The notes: generated by a model from the sequence alone, not told the origin. A DNA stretch of 64,000 bases from Minisyncoccota bacterium (GCA_035627655.1 DASPLI010000001.1:665605-729604), one strand, 5' to 3'; shown: positions 37,368-46,657, counted from the stretch's first letter. Numbers and translations are program-made.

Positions 37368-37619
37368 ATGGACTTCATTGCGACCTACTGGTACGTCTGG
37401 GCCATCGTTCTGGTGATTTCGATCGTCTACGCGACGATCAACCAGGTCGGGCGGTTCAAGCGCGTCAGTGCAAGCATCGAATCCGGCTCCGCGGACGGCG
37501 CCTTCGGCAACGTGACCAAGGGCATGGGTTCGCTCGTTATCGCCGGCCTCATCAGCTGGGCGTCGGGCATCCTGCTCTTGATCGCGATCGTGATCCACGC
37601 CATCCGCTACTTCGCCTAA
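37368..37619 (+). CDS. Small membrane protein of 83 aa.
   Basis: A GGAG ribosome-binding site is present, and there are two transmembrane helices around a Gly/Ser-rich loop. An 11-bp perfect hairpin follows at 37626..37653. Confidence 0.45.
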   Translation: MDFIATYWYVWAIVLVISIVYATINQVGRFKRVSASIESGSADGAFGNVTKGMGSLVIAGLISWASGILLLIAIVIHAIRYFA

Positions 37620-37725
37620 CGGCGCGGGCCCCAAGACTCTCCTCTTGGGGCCCAAGTTCGTTTAAGCCCGTCCTCATCCAGCCTTCATGATCAGTGCCTG
37701 AAACTAGGGACAGTGCACCGAAACC

Positions 37726-39804
37726 ATGTTTCCACACATCCCTTTGTACGCACGTCTACTTACCATAACTGACGGTTTTCTTTCTCGAACCGGTCTCCGC
37801 GCGAATCAAGCGGCGCTGTTGGCGCTTCTTTTTATATCGTATGTGGTTACTGCCTATTTCGGTTTGCGTCTACTTTCGGTAAATGACTTTGCGGCCTTTG
37901 TCTGGCTCCCGACAGGAATTGCGATCGCCGTCCTTTTTCTTGCAGGCTACCGGTTGTGGCCGGCTGTCGCGGCAGGCGCACTTTTTATAAATCTCTGGAT
38001 TGGCGCCCCATTTCTGGCGGCCCTTGGTATTGCGATCGGTAATACGCTTGAAGCGATCGTGGGTACTTACCTTCTCAAGCGGCTCAAGGTAGACACACGG
38101 TTCGTGCGGTTTCGCGACAGCAGGAATCTTGTTTATGCCGGAGTTAGCGCGACACTTATCAGCGCAACTATCGGCGTACTGAGTCTCTTTGCGACCGGCG
38201 TCCTTAGCTCGACCGCGCTTAGTATCACCTGGATCACCTGGTGGATTGGTGACGCACTTGGCGCACTGATCATCGCTCCGCTTATTCTTGCGTGGTTCAT
38301 TCCGGCACGCACATATCTCACTACTGCACAGATAGTGGAGCGTGTAGGAATTTTCGCTCTAATCCTGTTTATGAGCTTCATCATGTTCTGGACAGGCTAT
38401 TTCCCCTATGTCTATCCGTTTGCGATTCCACTGGTATGGGCGGCAATCCGCACCACACCTCGTTTCTCCCTCCTTATGGTGTGTGCCATAGCGGCATTTG
38501 GCGCTGCGGGAACCCTTGTTGGTAACGGCGCCTTCGCAATTCCTAATACCACGCTTGGCTTCCTCTATCTCCAGCTGTTTATCGGCATTGCCGCAGGAAT
38601 CATTCTTGTATTTAGTTCGATTGTCGAAGAACGCTCCGCCATTGCCCGACAACTCGGGCACTACGTCGATTCTCTGGAACACGACCTTTCAAAGTCGCGG
38701 CTCGACGATCAGGCGAAAACGGAGTTTCTTGCCATTTTGGCGCACGAACTGCGTAACCCGCTTGCGCCCATTGTTACGACCCTCGAGCTTCTGAAGCTAG
38801 AAGAAGAGAATCGCGAACGGATTGATATGATCGAACGCGCTGAGCGTCAGAGCATGATCATGCGCCGCTTGCTCGACGATCTTCTGGATATCGCCCGTGT
38901 TGAGCAGCAGCACTTCAAGCTACAGAGAGAAATCGTTCCACTCTCCCAGGTTGTCGAACAGGCGGTACATGGTGTGCAGCCAACCATGCAATCCTTCGGA
39001 CATACGCTGAAAGTCGACCTTCCAGCACGAGCAGCCATGGTTGACGTTGATCCAGTTCGTGCCACGCAGATGTTCAGCAACCTACTCAATAACGCTGCCA
39101 AGTACACACCGCCACGCGGACGCATACAGATCTCTATGCGAAAAACCGGACGATTTGCGACCGTGGTCATTTCCGATAACGGGGCTGGCATTGAACCGCA
39201 CTTGCTCGAACGTATCTTTGAACCGTTCGTCAGCATCAGCCCGTCGGCACGTATCGGAACGGGTCTTGGCATCGGTCTTGCGCTTACCAAGCGCCTGACT
39301 GAAATGCATGGTGGCACGATTACAGCAGAAAGCGACGGACCGGGACGAGGCAGCACCTTCCGTGTTTCTCTACCGCTTGTAAATGCAGCACCATCAGAAA
39401 CGGAACCGGTAAAGACAGGAGCGCAACATGCCGGCCGCAAACATAGGATCGTCATCATTGACGACAACACCGCTGCAGCTCGCGGTCTCGCGCAACTGCT
39501 CCGCTACTCTGGGCACGAAGTTCGCGTTGCGTACCTGGGTAAAGATGCGTTCTCTCTCTACGACTTCTTCACCCCATCGCTCATGCTCATCGATATCGGC
39601 CTTCCGGATATTGATGGATATGAGGTGGCACGACAGCTCCGTCTCAAGGAAAACATGAACGCAAAACTCGTCGCGCTTACCGGGTTTGGCCAGGAGAGCG
39701 ACAAGCAGCAGGCTCGTGCCGCCGGCTTTGATCACCACCTCACCAAGCCTGTCAGTTTGGTCGATCTTGAGGCGACCTTTGAAAAACTCGAGGAAAATAC
39801 ATAG
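37726..39804 (+). CDS. Hybrid sensor histidine kinase with MASE1-like membrane domain, HisKA, HATPase_c and receiver.
   Basis: An N-terminal sensor region with 8 or more transmembrane helices is followed by the H-box FLAILAHELRNPL, the N, G1 and G2 boxes (DNGAGI, GTGLGIGLAL), and a C-terminal receiver whose conserved Asp lies in LMLIDIGLPDIDG. Confidence 0.85.
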   Translation: MFPHIPLYARLLTITDGFLSRTGLRANQAALLALLFISYVVTAYFGLRLLSVNDFAAFVWLPTGIAIAVLFLAGYRLWPAVAAGALFINLWIGAPFLAALGIAIGNTLEAIVGTYLLKRLKVDTRFVRFRDSRNLVYAGVSATLISATIGVLSLFATGVLSSTALSITWITWWIGDALGALIIAPLILAWFIPARTYLTTAQIVERVGIFALILFMSFIMFWTGYFPYVYPFAIPLVWAAIRTTPRFSLLMVCAIAAFGAAGTLVGNGAFAIPNTTLGFLYLQLFIGIAAGIILVFSSIVEERSAIARQLGHYVDSLEHDLSKSRLDDQAKTEFLAILAHELRNPLAPIVTTLELLKLEEENRERIDMIERAERQSMIMRRLLDDLLDIARVEQQHFKLQREIVPLSQVVEQAVHGVQPTMQSFGHTLKVDLPARAAMVDVDPVRATQMFSNLLNNAAKYTPPRGRIQISMRKTGRFATVVISDNGAGIEPHLLERIFEPFVSISPSARIGTGLGIGLALTKRLTEMHGGTITAESDGPGRGSTFRVSLPLVNAAPSETEPVKTGAQHAGRKHRIVIIDDNTAAARGLAQLLRYSGHEVRVAYLGKDAFSLYDFFTPSLMLIDIGLPDIDGYEVARQLRLKENMNAKLVALTGFGQESDKQQARAAGFDHHLTKPVSLVDLEATFEKLEENT

Positions 39805-39904
39805 CTATTGACTATAGTAGCTAAATATAGTATATTCAATCCGGACGCACGCAGTGATGCGTGCGATTTCCATTGTCCTATCACCAACACGGGAGAGAGT
39901 ATCG

Positions 39905-40306
39905 ATGGCTACGAAAGAGCGTGTGCTCGCCTATATCGAAGAATGCGAAGTCCGCCAGACGTTCACGTTGATGACGCAAGGGTTCGCCACGCAAATGGCT
40001 GAACGCTTCGCCGACAAGGGGAACGAACTTGGGCAGGAATGCGCCCTCGACCAGGCAGCGCTCTACGAACACATTCAAGATCTCATCATGGCCAAGGTCG
40101 CCGACATGTACGGCGCACTCTACACCGATGAAGAACTCGACCAGCTGACGGAGGTATTCCACCTCCCCATCTCGCGCCGCTCGCGCGAGCTGATGCCTGC
40201 CATCCAGCAGCGCACGGTCGAGATCATGCTCGGTCTCGAAGGCGAGATCCTGAAGTTCACGCTGAAGCGCGAATTCGGCAAACTCGTCGATGAAGCGATA
40301 GCGTAA
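39905..40306 (+). CDS. Hypothetical protein of 133 aa, possibly DUF2059-like.
   Basis: A GGGAGAG ribosome-binding site precedes the ATG, and a terminator lies at 40333..40361. Confidence 0.4.
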   Translation: MATKERVLAYIEECEVRQTFTLMTQGFATQMAERFADKGNELGQECALDQAALYEHIQDLIMAKVADMYGALYTDEELDQLTEVFHLPISRRSRELMPAIQQRTVEIMLGLEGEILKFTLKREFGKLVDEAIA

Positions 40307-40420
40307 ACCATCACGCAAATCCCTCTAGTGAAATCGCCCGGCCTCACGCCGGGCGATTTTTCATATAACCACTGCCTAAAATGGTATAGTGCCAGGATCT
40401 AACAACTAACGACACACGAC

Positions 40421-40768
40421 ATGAGCAAGTTTTTGGTACTGTACCGGATGCCGATTGATGGACTTGATGAGTGGATGAAAATCCCTGCAGAAGAACGTAA
40501 AGCTGCAGAAGATCAGCTCAAAGCAAAATGGGATACCTGGCAAGCGACAAACGCTTCCATGATTCTTGAAACGGCAGGAGCGGGAAAAACGAAGCGTATC
40601 GATAACAGCGGAACCACCGATACCAAGAACGACCTCATGCTCTACTCGCTTGTTGAAGCAGAGTCGCATGACGCTGCCGCCAAACTGTTTGAAGGCCATC
40701 CGCATCTGGAAATTCCTGGCGCATGGATTGAAGTCATGACCGCCAATCCCCTTCCTGGGATGCAATAA
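40421..40768 (+). CDS. Hypothetical protein of 115 aa.
   Basis: An ORF followed by a rho-independent terminator at 40781..40810. Confidence 0.4.
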   Translation: MSKFLVLYRMPIDGLDEWMKIPAEERKAAEDQLKAKWDTWQATNASMILETAGAGKTKRIDNSGTTDTKNDLMLYSLVEAESHDAAAKLFEGHPHLEIPGAWIEVMTANPLPGMQ

Positions 40769-40872
40769 CAATCCTGTACTAGAAACCGCCCGTGCATCGG
40801 GCGGTTTCTTGCATTTATGACTGGTGGCGGTATGGTGCGCCTAGCTGTTCATTCCATACGAAAGGAGGAGCA

Positions 40873-41334
40873 ATGGGTCCGCCCATTTTTGCATCCAAAC
40901 AAGGCGAAGAGACTGAGCGCCGATTCTTTGATGCGGCACGGGTTCGAACCCGTCGTACGCCGTCATGGTTTTTGGGCGTCAGGCGTGCTTCGCCCCAATT
41001 CGATACCGTCGGTCTTGATGCGCTCGCGAGCATTCAGCGTCCAGACGATCCAAAACCGATGTCGGTGCCGATCCAGGTAAAGAGTTCAAAGGGCGGCAAG
41101 CGCCACTACTACCGCGAGCACGCAGACGCGAAACGGGTGAAGGTTCCGGTTCTCGTGGTGACGAAAACCATGAGCCCGGACGATATCCGCAAGCAACTGT
41201 ATGCAGCCCTGAAACCGTTCATGAAAGTGCGCCGAAAGCACTTTACGGACTACTTCAAGAGTCTTGCGCGGCGCCGGCTTGGCAAGCGAGGACTACTCAT
41301 CAAGAAGCACATCAAGAAGCAACGCAGAACGTAA
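40873..41334 (+). CDS. Hypothetical basic protein of 153 aa.
   Basis: An AAAGGAGGAG ribosome-binding site lies 5 nt upstream. It ends with a Lys/Arg-rich tail, and a bidirectional terminator lies at 41349..41378. Confidence 0.45.
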   Translation: MGPPIFASKQGEETERRFFDAARVRTRRTPSWFLGVRRASPQFDTVGLDALASIQRPDDPKPMSVPIQVKSSKGGKRHYYREHADAKRVKVPVLVVTKTMSPDDIRKQLYAALKPFMKVRRKHFTDYFKSLARRRLGKRGLLIKKHIKKQRRT

Positions 41335-41372
41335 CAGCGAAGGGCGAAGACCAGTGGTCTTCGCCCTTTTTC

Positions 41373-41954
41373 TTAGGAGGCGGCTTTGGCAAGCGCACCC
41401 TGTAGTGCTTCGATCATTTGCGCCTCGCGCGTGAACTGACCGTTGGTGAGCGTCGTGTGCGGATCCTGCTTGTCGATCGTAATGCCCTGTTTGGCATACT
41501 GCTCAACCAGCACCGATCCAACTGTATGCTCCTTAAAGCCACGTCGACGCGCTTCTTCAACCGCCTCAGTCGGAAACGAAACGCCACGAGAAATGTGAGC
41601 GATCGGCTTTCCGTTCGGCAGCTGAATCACCGCGATCGCGCGATCTTCCCAACCGTCAGCGGTTTCAAAGATGCCGTTTTCAATGCTCACGACCGCCGTC
41701 TCAGCGCGCGCCACTTCGTCTTGTCCGGCACGCGCGTTTGCGAGCCGGTTGAGCGCACCCTGTTCGGTCATGTCGCCGACCGGCTGTTCATCAACGCCGG
41801 AAGGAACTTTGACCCCCGATACGTTGAACGTTCGGTTGGGAAACAGATTCGAGAGAGCTTTTGCAGCCGTATTGATCTTGATCGCGCTTCCTGAGGTCAC
41901 CACGATCGAAGACGGAAGTTCAAAGCGTTCAGGCTTTACGGGATTCCCTTCCAT
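41373..41954 (-). CDS. Non-canonical purine NTP phosphatase of the YjjX/DUF84 inosine-xanthosine triphosphatase family.
   Basis: VVTSGSAIKINTAAKAL...SGVDEQPVGD match the YjjX family. The start was reset to MEGNPVKPERF. Confidence 0.6.
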   Translation of the reverse strand: MEGNPVKPERFELPSSIVVTSGSAIKINTAAKALSNLFPNRTFNVSGVKVPSGVDEQPVGDMTEQGALNRLANARAGQDEVARAETAVVSIENGIFETADGWEDRAIAVIQLPNGKPIAHISRGVSFPTEAVEEARRRGFKEHTVGSVLVEQYAKQGITIDKQDPHTTLTNGQFTREAQMIEALQGALAKAAS

Positions 41955-42079
41955 AGATACCTCCAGAGGTTGTTTTTCCGTCACCTGCGGCAGCATACCA
42001 TGCTCCCGTTGACCCTAACCACTACTCGTGGCAGCATCCATACGGACGACTGTTCGTCTGCATACACGGAGTAGGTGTT

Positions 42080-42592
42080 ATGGACTTCCGTCCGTACATC
42101 CGAGACGTGCCGGACTTCCCAAAGCCCGGCATTCTCTTTCGAGACATCACCCCGCTACTCGCAAATCCAGAAGTTTTCAATCTGGCCATCTACGAGATGT
42201 GGGAGGCGTGGGACGAGAAGGCGGATGCCGTTGCAGCGCTCGATGCCCGTGGCTTCATTTTCGGCGCCCCACTTGCGCAAGAACTGCGTGTGCCGTTCAT
42301 TCCGATCCGCAAACGCGGCAAGCTCCCCTATCAGACGCACTCGGTGTCTTATGACCTCGAGTACGGCCAAGATACGGTGGAGATGCACGTCGACGCATGC
42401 GGAACAAACGCTCGCGTCCTCATCGTCGACGACCTGCTTGCAACCGGCGGCACTGCAGCTGCAGCCGCCACACTCGTTGAAAAAGCGGGCGCGACGGTGG
42501 CAGGCTATGCGTTCATGATCGAACTTGCCGGTCTTGGCGGTCGCGCCAAGCTTGGCGACCGAAGGATCGAATCGCTCGTCATCTATCCGTAA
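42080..42592 (+). CDS. apt: Adenine phosphoribosyltransferase.
   Basis: IRDVPDFPKPGILFRDITPLL and the PRPP-binding loop VLIVDDLLATGGT are present. A palindromic hairpin follows at 42607..42630. Confidence 0.9.
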   Translation: MDFRPYIRDVPDFPKPGILFRDITPLLANPEVFNLAIYEMWEAWDEKADAVAALDARGFIFGAPLAQELRVPFIPIRKRGKLPYQTHSVSYDLEYGQDTVEMHVDACGTNARVLIVDDLLATGGTAAAAATLVEKAGATVAGYAFMIELAGLGGRAKLGDRRIESLVIYP

Positions 42593-42633
42593 ACTTCAAG
42601 AAGCCGGTCATATGACCGGCTTCTATTATTGAC

Positions 42634-42670
42634 ATATGTCAATAAGTACAGTATAAAATATTTGGGATGG
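42634..42670 (+). promoter_or_regulatory. Candidate promoter TTGACA, 17-nt spacer, TATAAAAT, whose -35 element sits in the perfect palindrome TTGACATATGTCAA.
   Basis: The spacing is canonical, and the palindrome suggests an operator overlapping the -35 element. Confidence 0.4.
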
Positions 42671-42706
42671 GTGCGTTTTGCATGCCCGCCCGTATGGAGG
42701 TGTCTC

Positions 42707-42985
42707 TTGCCACGTAAGGCAGCAACTACACCGAAGCAGGCCGTCCAGGTGCTCGTGGTGAGCGGCGATCCAGCCGCAATCCGCAAAGCACTGCGGGCGC
42801 GAGGTACAAAGACTGATGTCGATCCTGAACGCGTGAAAAACGCGCTCAAGCTCTACGACATGGTCGAGAAGTTCTTCGCGCTTGGCGGCCGCTTCAAGAA
42901 ACCGTACACGCGCGGACAGCGCGGCAAGGCCAAATCGGCCAAACGGCCAGTCAACGGCCGTCGTCGTCCAAAGAAGGGCGCATAA
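42707..42985 (+). CDS. Small basic protein of about 92 aa using a TTG start.
   Basis: A GGAGGTG ribosome-binding site is present. It has a Lys/Arg-rich C-terminus and is followed by a 14-bp perfect hairpin at 42991..43022. Confidence 0.35.
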   Translation: MPRKAATTPKQAVQVLVVSGDPAAIRKALRARGTKTDVDPERVKNALKLYDMVEKFFALGGRFKKPYTRGQRGKAKSAKRPVNGRRRPKKGA

Positions 42986-43067
42986 TGACAGCTGCCTGCG
43001 TATCTTCGGATACGCAGGCAGCACTTCGTTAAAAGGATGCTATAGTCCGACCAGAAAGGAGGTGCCG

Positions 43068-43331
43068 ATGTGTACCGCTCTTGATCTGCCGCGGTGCCAC
43101 AGCTGCGGCAATCCGGTGACCTACGTATACTACCTGGCTAACGAACGAGGAAAGACGCCTGAACGCTTCTGCACGCTCGCCTGCCTGGAAGGGTTTGTGC
43201 GCCGATGGCTGCCTGACTTCATCCCGCACTGCATGTATACGCGGTCGGATTCGAGCAGGCGAACCATTTCTTTTTCCGTCGTGTCGATCAAGCATCGGGA
43301 TCGCCTTCCCATGTACGTTGACCGGGTTTAG
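43068..43331 (+). CDS. Small Cys-rich (zinc-ribbon-like) protein of 87 aa.
   Basis: An AAAGGAGGTG ribosome-binding site lies 5 nt upstream, and CxxC...CxxxC is present. Confidence 0.4.
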   Translation: MCTALDLPRCHSCGNPVTYVYYLANERGKTPERFCTLACLEGFVRRWLPDFIPHCMYTRSDSSRRTISFSVVSIKHRDRLPMYVDRV

Positions 43332-43386
43332 TACGGGCCCGCCCCACAAGGGCGGGCTATTTGTTTCATACGGTATACTTTCCCGC

Positions 43387-44154
43387 ATGGATATTTTCGA
43401 TAGCGTTCTCTTGGGTGCACTTGAAGGCCTGACTGAATTCCTTCCAATCTCCTCAACCGGCCACCTTATTCTTGCGAGCCATCTACTTTCCCTCCCGCAA
43501 ACGCCGTATCTCAAGACGTTTGAAATCACTATCCAGCTTGGCTCTATTGCTGCCGTAGCACTTCTGTACTGGAAGCAGTTTCTTAACTTCAACATGCTGT
43601 TGAAGCTCGCCGTTGCCTTTATTCCAACCGGCCTCGTAGGACTCTTTCTCTATCCCTTTATCAAAGAGACCCTTGTCGGGAACCCGGCGATTGTAGTGGT
43701 TGCACTCATTATCGGCGGTATCGCGCTCCTGGGTATCGAGAAGATCTATAAGGCGCCAAAAGAAGAAACGGAGGACCCCACCTCTCTTTCCTTCAAGCAA
43801 TCCTTTATCGTCGGATGTGCACAGGCGCTTGCCGTCATTCCCGGCGTATCGCGAAGCGGCGCAACCATCAGCGGCGGCATGTTACTTGGCATTTCTCGCG
43901 GCGCCATCCTCTCCTTCTCATTTCTGCTTGCGGTACCAACCATGTTTATCGCGACAGCATACGATCTCTATAAAAATCCCGATGTGCTTGTTGGCGCCAA
44001 CCTCCCACCGCTCGTAATCGGTTTTCTCGTTGCCTTCGTGGTTGGGCTCGTGGTCATCCGCTACGCGCTTCGTTTCGTACGGAAATATACGTTCGTTCCC
44101 TTTGCCATCTATCGCATTATATTGGGCATGCTGTTCTGGCTCATCGTGTTGTAA
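43387..44154 (+). CDS. uppP: Undecaprenyl-diphosphatase (BacA/UppP).
   Basis: MDIFDSVLLGALEGLTEFLPISSTGHLIL and the SRSGATISGG motif are present. A terminator lies at 44155..44190. Confidence 0.9.
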   Translation: MDIFDSVLLGALEGLTEFLPISSTGHLILASHLLSLPQTPYLKTFEITIQLGSIAAVALLYWKQFLNFNMLLKLAVAFIPTGLVGLFLYPFIKETLVGNPAIVVVALIIGGIALLGIEKIYKAPKEETEDPTSLSFKQSFIVGCAQALAVIPGVSRSGATISGGMLLGISRGAILSFSFLLAVPTMFIATAYDLYKNPDVLVGANLPPLVIGFLVAFVVGLVVIRYALRFVRKYTFVPFAIYRIILGMLFWLIVL

Positions 44155-44190
44155 GAAAAAAGCCCCGGATGTATGGTCCGGGGCTTTTGC
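44155..44190. terminator. Bidirectional rho-independent terminator shared by uppP (plus) and the outer-membrane-protein gene (minus).
   Basis: aaaaaaGCCCCGGA-tgtatgg-TCCGGGGCttttg. Confidence 0.7.
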
Positions 44191-44201
44191 GATGAGTCGC
44201 G

Positions 44202-44930
44202 TTAGAACAGGTTCCAGAGGTCCCTGCTCACGCGCACCGACGCTTGGGTGAGCTCGTGCTCTTCGACATGCTTCACCGGCAGGTTGAGGCCATTTGCGGC
44301 CGGACCCAGGGTGAAGTCGGCACCTTCGAGCTCCGCGTATGAGACGCGGGCGCCGAAGGACCAGTTTTCACTGAGTGCGAACTCAACGCCGACGCCGAAG
44401 ATGATTCCTTCTTCGATTTCGCTCGTCGAGAGGTCGTAGGGCGCATAGCCGTTGGCAGGACGGCACCAGCCGAACTGCACGGCGGCCGGATCAGGGCAGA
44501 TCTCGCGTTGTTCGAGTTCGTACCAGACCTGGCCGACTTCCGCGAAGACGTACGCGTCTTCAAATGCATACCCGACTTCGAGCGTCAGAGCGGCGACGCC
44601 GCTGTTGGTCGCTTCTTGGTCGAGGATGTTGCCATCGTTTCTGTAGACGGTGATGTCACCGCCTGCCACTCGAGCGCCGGCGCCGACAACGAGATTGTTG
44701 TCGAGCTGCATGCGACAGGAAAGCGCCGGTCCGACCATGAACCCGTCGAGGTCCTGGTCTGGCTGCGCATTCGGAAACGTCACGGTCGTCGAATTGTAGG
44801 TGGTCTCAAGGCCGAGCGAACAGCCGTCCCACCGATCTTCGTTTTCCGCGGCGGAAGCCACGCTGGGCATCGCAGCAAAGCCGGTGACGGCCGCTGCGAT
44901 GAAGAAAGCAGAATGTATCTTGCTCATCAC
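44202..44930 (-). CDS. Putative outer-membrane beta-barrel protein, a paralog of the protein at 26631..27281.
   Basis: A signal peptide (cleavage site ASA-AE), amphipathic beta-strands and a C-terminal ...LWNLF ending in Phe. Confidence 0.5.
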   Translation of the reverse strand: MMSKIHSAFFIAAAVTGFAAMPSVASAAENEDRWDGCSLGLETTYNSTTVTFPNAQPDQDLDGFMVGPALSCRMQLDNNLVVGAGARVAGGDITVYRNDGNILDQEATNSGVAALTLEVGYAFEDAYVFAEVGQVWYELEQREICPDPAAVQFGWCRPANGYAPYDLSTSEIEEGIIFGVGVEFALSENWSFGARVSYAELEGADFTLGPAANGLNLPVKHVEEHELTQASVRVSRDLWNLF

Positions 44931-45003
44931 TCATCTCCCCAAAAAGAGCAAACGCACCCCGTGGTGCGCTGTTCGTTCTTTGTAGCATGTCAAAAATGAC
45001 CGG

Positions 45004-45408
45004 TCAATTTCCTTGACATTTGTCACAACGACAGCCAAACGGCTTTATATGATCGTCAAAATATTCCTTCCCGTAATCATAGGTAATCTCTTCGCCTGCC
45101 TGGATCGCGCGCTTAGCCATGATGAAAATGCGGCCCTTGCGAATCTCAGGCTCAGCGTTGGGGCGACAGGAGTGGTTTATGTAGCCCGCCTTGTTCCACT
45201 TCGGCTTGCCATCGATGGTCTTGTTTTTAGTGACCTCAAAGAGATACTTGCTTCGACTCGTGTACTCCTCCTCTTTTGAGATGACTCGTCCAACGTATTC
45301 GATGATGCAGGCTCCTTTCGGAATAGGGCCTCCCGCATACAAGCCAAGTCCGGCGCGAGAGCGTCGGACACGAAGATCAAAATCTCCTGGCTCAAACTTC
45401 TTTGGCAT
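45004..45408 (-). CDS. Bacterial SET-domain protein, a putative lysine methyltransferase, of 134 aa.
   Basis: NHSCRPN, EEITYDY and the post-SET CRCDKC motif are present. Confidence 0.75.
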   Translation of the reverse strand: MPKKFEPGDFDLRVRRSRAGLGLYAGGPIPKGACIIEYVGRVISKEEEYTSRSKYLFEVTKNKTIDGKPKWNKAGYINHSCRPNAEPEIRKGRIFIMAKRAIQAGEEITYDYGKEYFDDHIKPFGCRCDKCQGN

Positions 45409-45433
45409 GCGAAAGCACTATCCTATCGCATGA

Positions 45434-46612
45434 TTAGAACAACTTCCAGATATCCTTATCCTCTGCCCCATCAATCTTGAAGATAGAAACGCCGCGCAGC
45501 CCGAGCTCCTTGGCAAGCGCCGTCTTCTGACGAACCGATTCCGCATCGCTCCACCACACCAGGTTGAAGGTGACCGAGCGTCCCGTTTGGTTGGCGTACG
45601 CAAGCGCGCGAGCGGCCGTCTCCATTCCAGACGGAGTACCTGCCGGTGCCTTGACGCTGCGCGGGATCGAGACGCTTGAATCTTCAGGAATATACGTGAA
45701 CGAAAGTTCGCCAGCGGCATTTCGCGACGGCTTTACGTCTGCGTCGTCAGCTGTGTCTTCTGGATAGTCGCCGTTAACGGACCAAAGCTGGTTGTAACCA
45801 GAGAAGCTCTGCGGAGACGCGGTAACCTGCACCTCCCTGCCGTAGGTAGCGATCCCGAGTACGATCTTATCCTTGTCGATCGTCTGCGCGGCAAGATTGA
45901 CGACTTTGCGTATCCACTCGGGATCTGCAACCGGATAGTACGGAAGCCCGAGGCGCGCTTTATTGAGCTTAATATCTGCGCGCTGCTGGTCATACGTCAT
46001 CAAGTAGACGCGGTCGCAGTACTTGTTGATCTCCACGTAGTCATTTGCGTACTCAATTTTTGCTGGCACGACGGTGTAAAGAGAATCGAGCGGCGTACGC
46101 GCTTCTGTCGTACAAGCAAGGAATTTGGAGCCGAGCGCTGCATCAAGCTCTTTGAGGAAGAGCGAATAGTACGGGCGTGTCTCTGCTCGCTTCCCTTCGT
46201 AGTCGATATCTATGCCGTCGTAGCCGCGATCCTCGACGATATCAACGATGGCTTCGATATGCTTTTTGCGAAGCGTTGGATCGGAGAGCACCGTATGAAT
46301 ACTTGCGCCGTCGCTCCACATAACCGTCGGCGTCACCCGCACGCCTTCCTTCTTCGCTTCTCGAAGCAGGCGTTTCCAGGTGCTCTTGGTCATGCCGCCT
46401 AGGTCCTTGATGCTGCCGTCGGGTTGGACGGCGTATACAAAAGGCTGCACCGCATCAAGGGATTCCATATGTGCTCGTGCAGAGCGGACACCCTTAGCAA
46501 CCGTCCAATATGGCATCCAACCCGAAACCTCAAAGGAAGCTTCGGGTGCAGCAAAAGCACTCCCTGGTGCCAGGAGTAAAGCGGCAAGCAGTGCGGTGAA
46601 AGCGCGTTTCAT
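45434..46612 (-). CDS. Secreted glycoside hydrolase family 18 protein, chitinase-like and possibly a peptidoglycan hydrolase.
   Basis: A signal peptide precedes the GH18 catalytic motif DGIDIDYE. Confidence 0.7.
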   Translation of the reverse strand: MKRAFTALLAALLLAPGSAFAAPEASFEVSGWMPYWTVAKGVRSARAHMESLDAVQPFVYAVQPDGSIKDLGGMTKSTWKRLLREAKKEGVRVTPTVMWSDGASIHTVLSDPTLRKKHIEAIVDIVEDRGYDGIDIDYEGKRAETRPYYSLFLKELDAALGSKFLACTTEARTPLDSLYTVVPAKIEYANDYVEINKYCDRVYLMTYDQQRADIKLNKARLGLPYYPVADPEWIRKVVNLAAQTIDKDKIVLGIATYGREVQVTASPQSFSGYNQLWSVNGDYPEDTADDADVKPSRNAAGELSFTYIPEDSSVSIPRSVKAPAGTPSGMETAARALAYANQTGRSVTFNLVWWSDAESVRQKTALAKELGLRGVSIFKIDGAEDKDIWKLF

Positions 46613-46657
46613 GATCAGTAGTATACCTACTAAGACGTCTAAAGCGCTCCGGCGTGA

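Noticed and set aside
43029-43595. A 188-aa minus-strand ORF from the six-frame track.
   Set aside because: It lies antisense to the well-supported zinc-ribbon and uppP genes. Its composition is Arg/Ser/Pro-rich, typical of antisense frames in high-GC DNA, and it has no ribosome-binding site.
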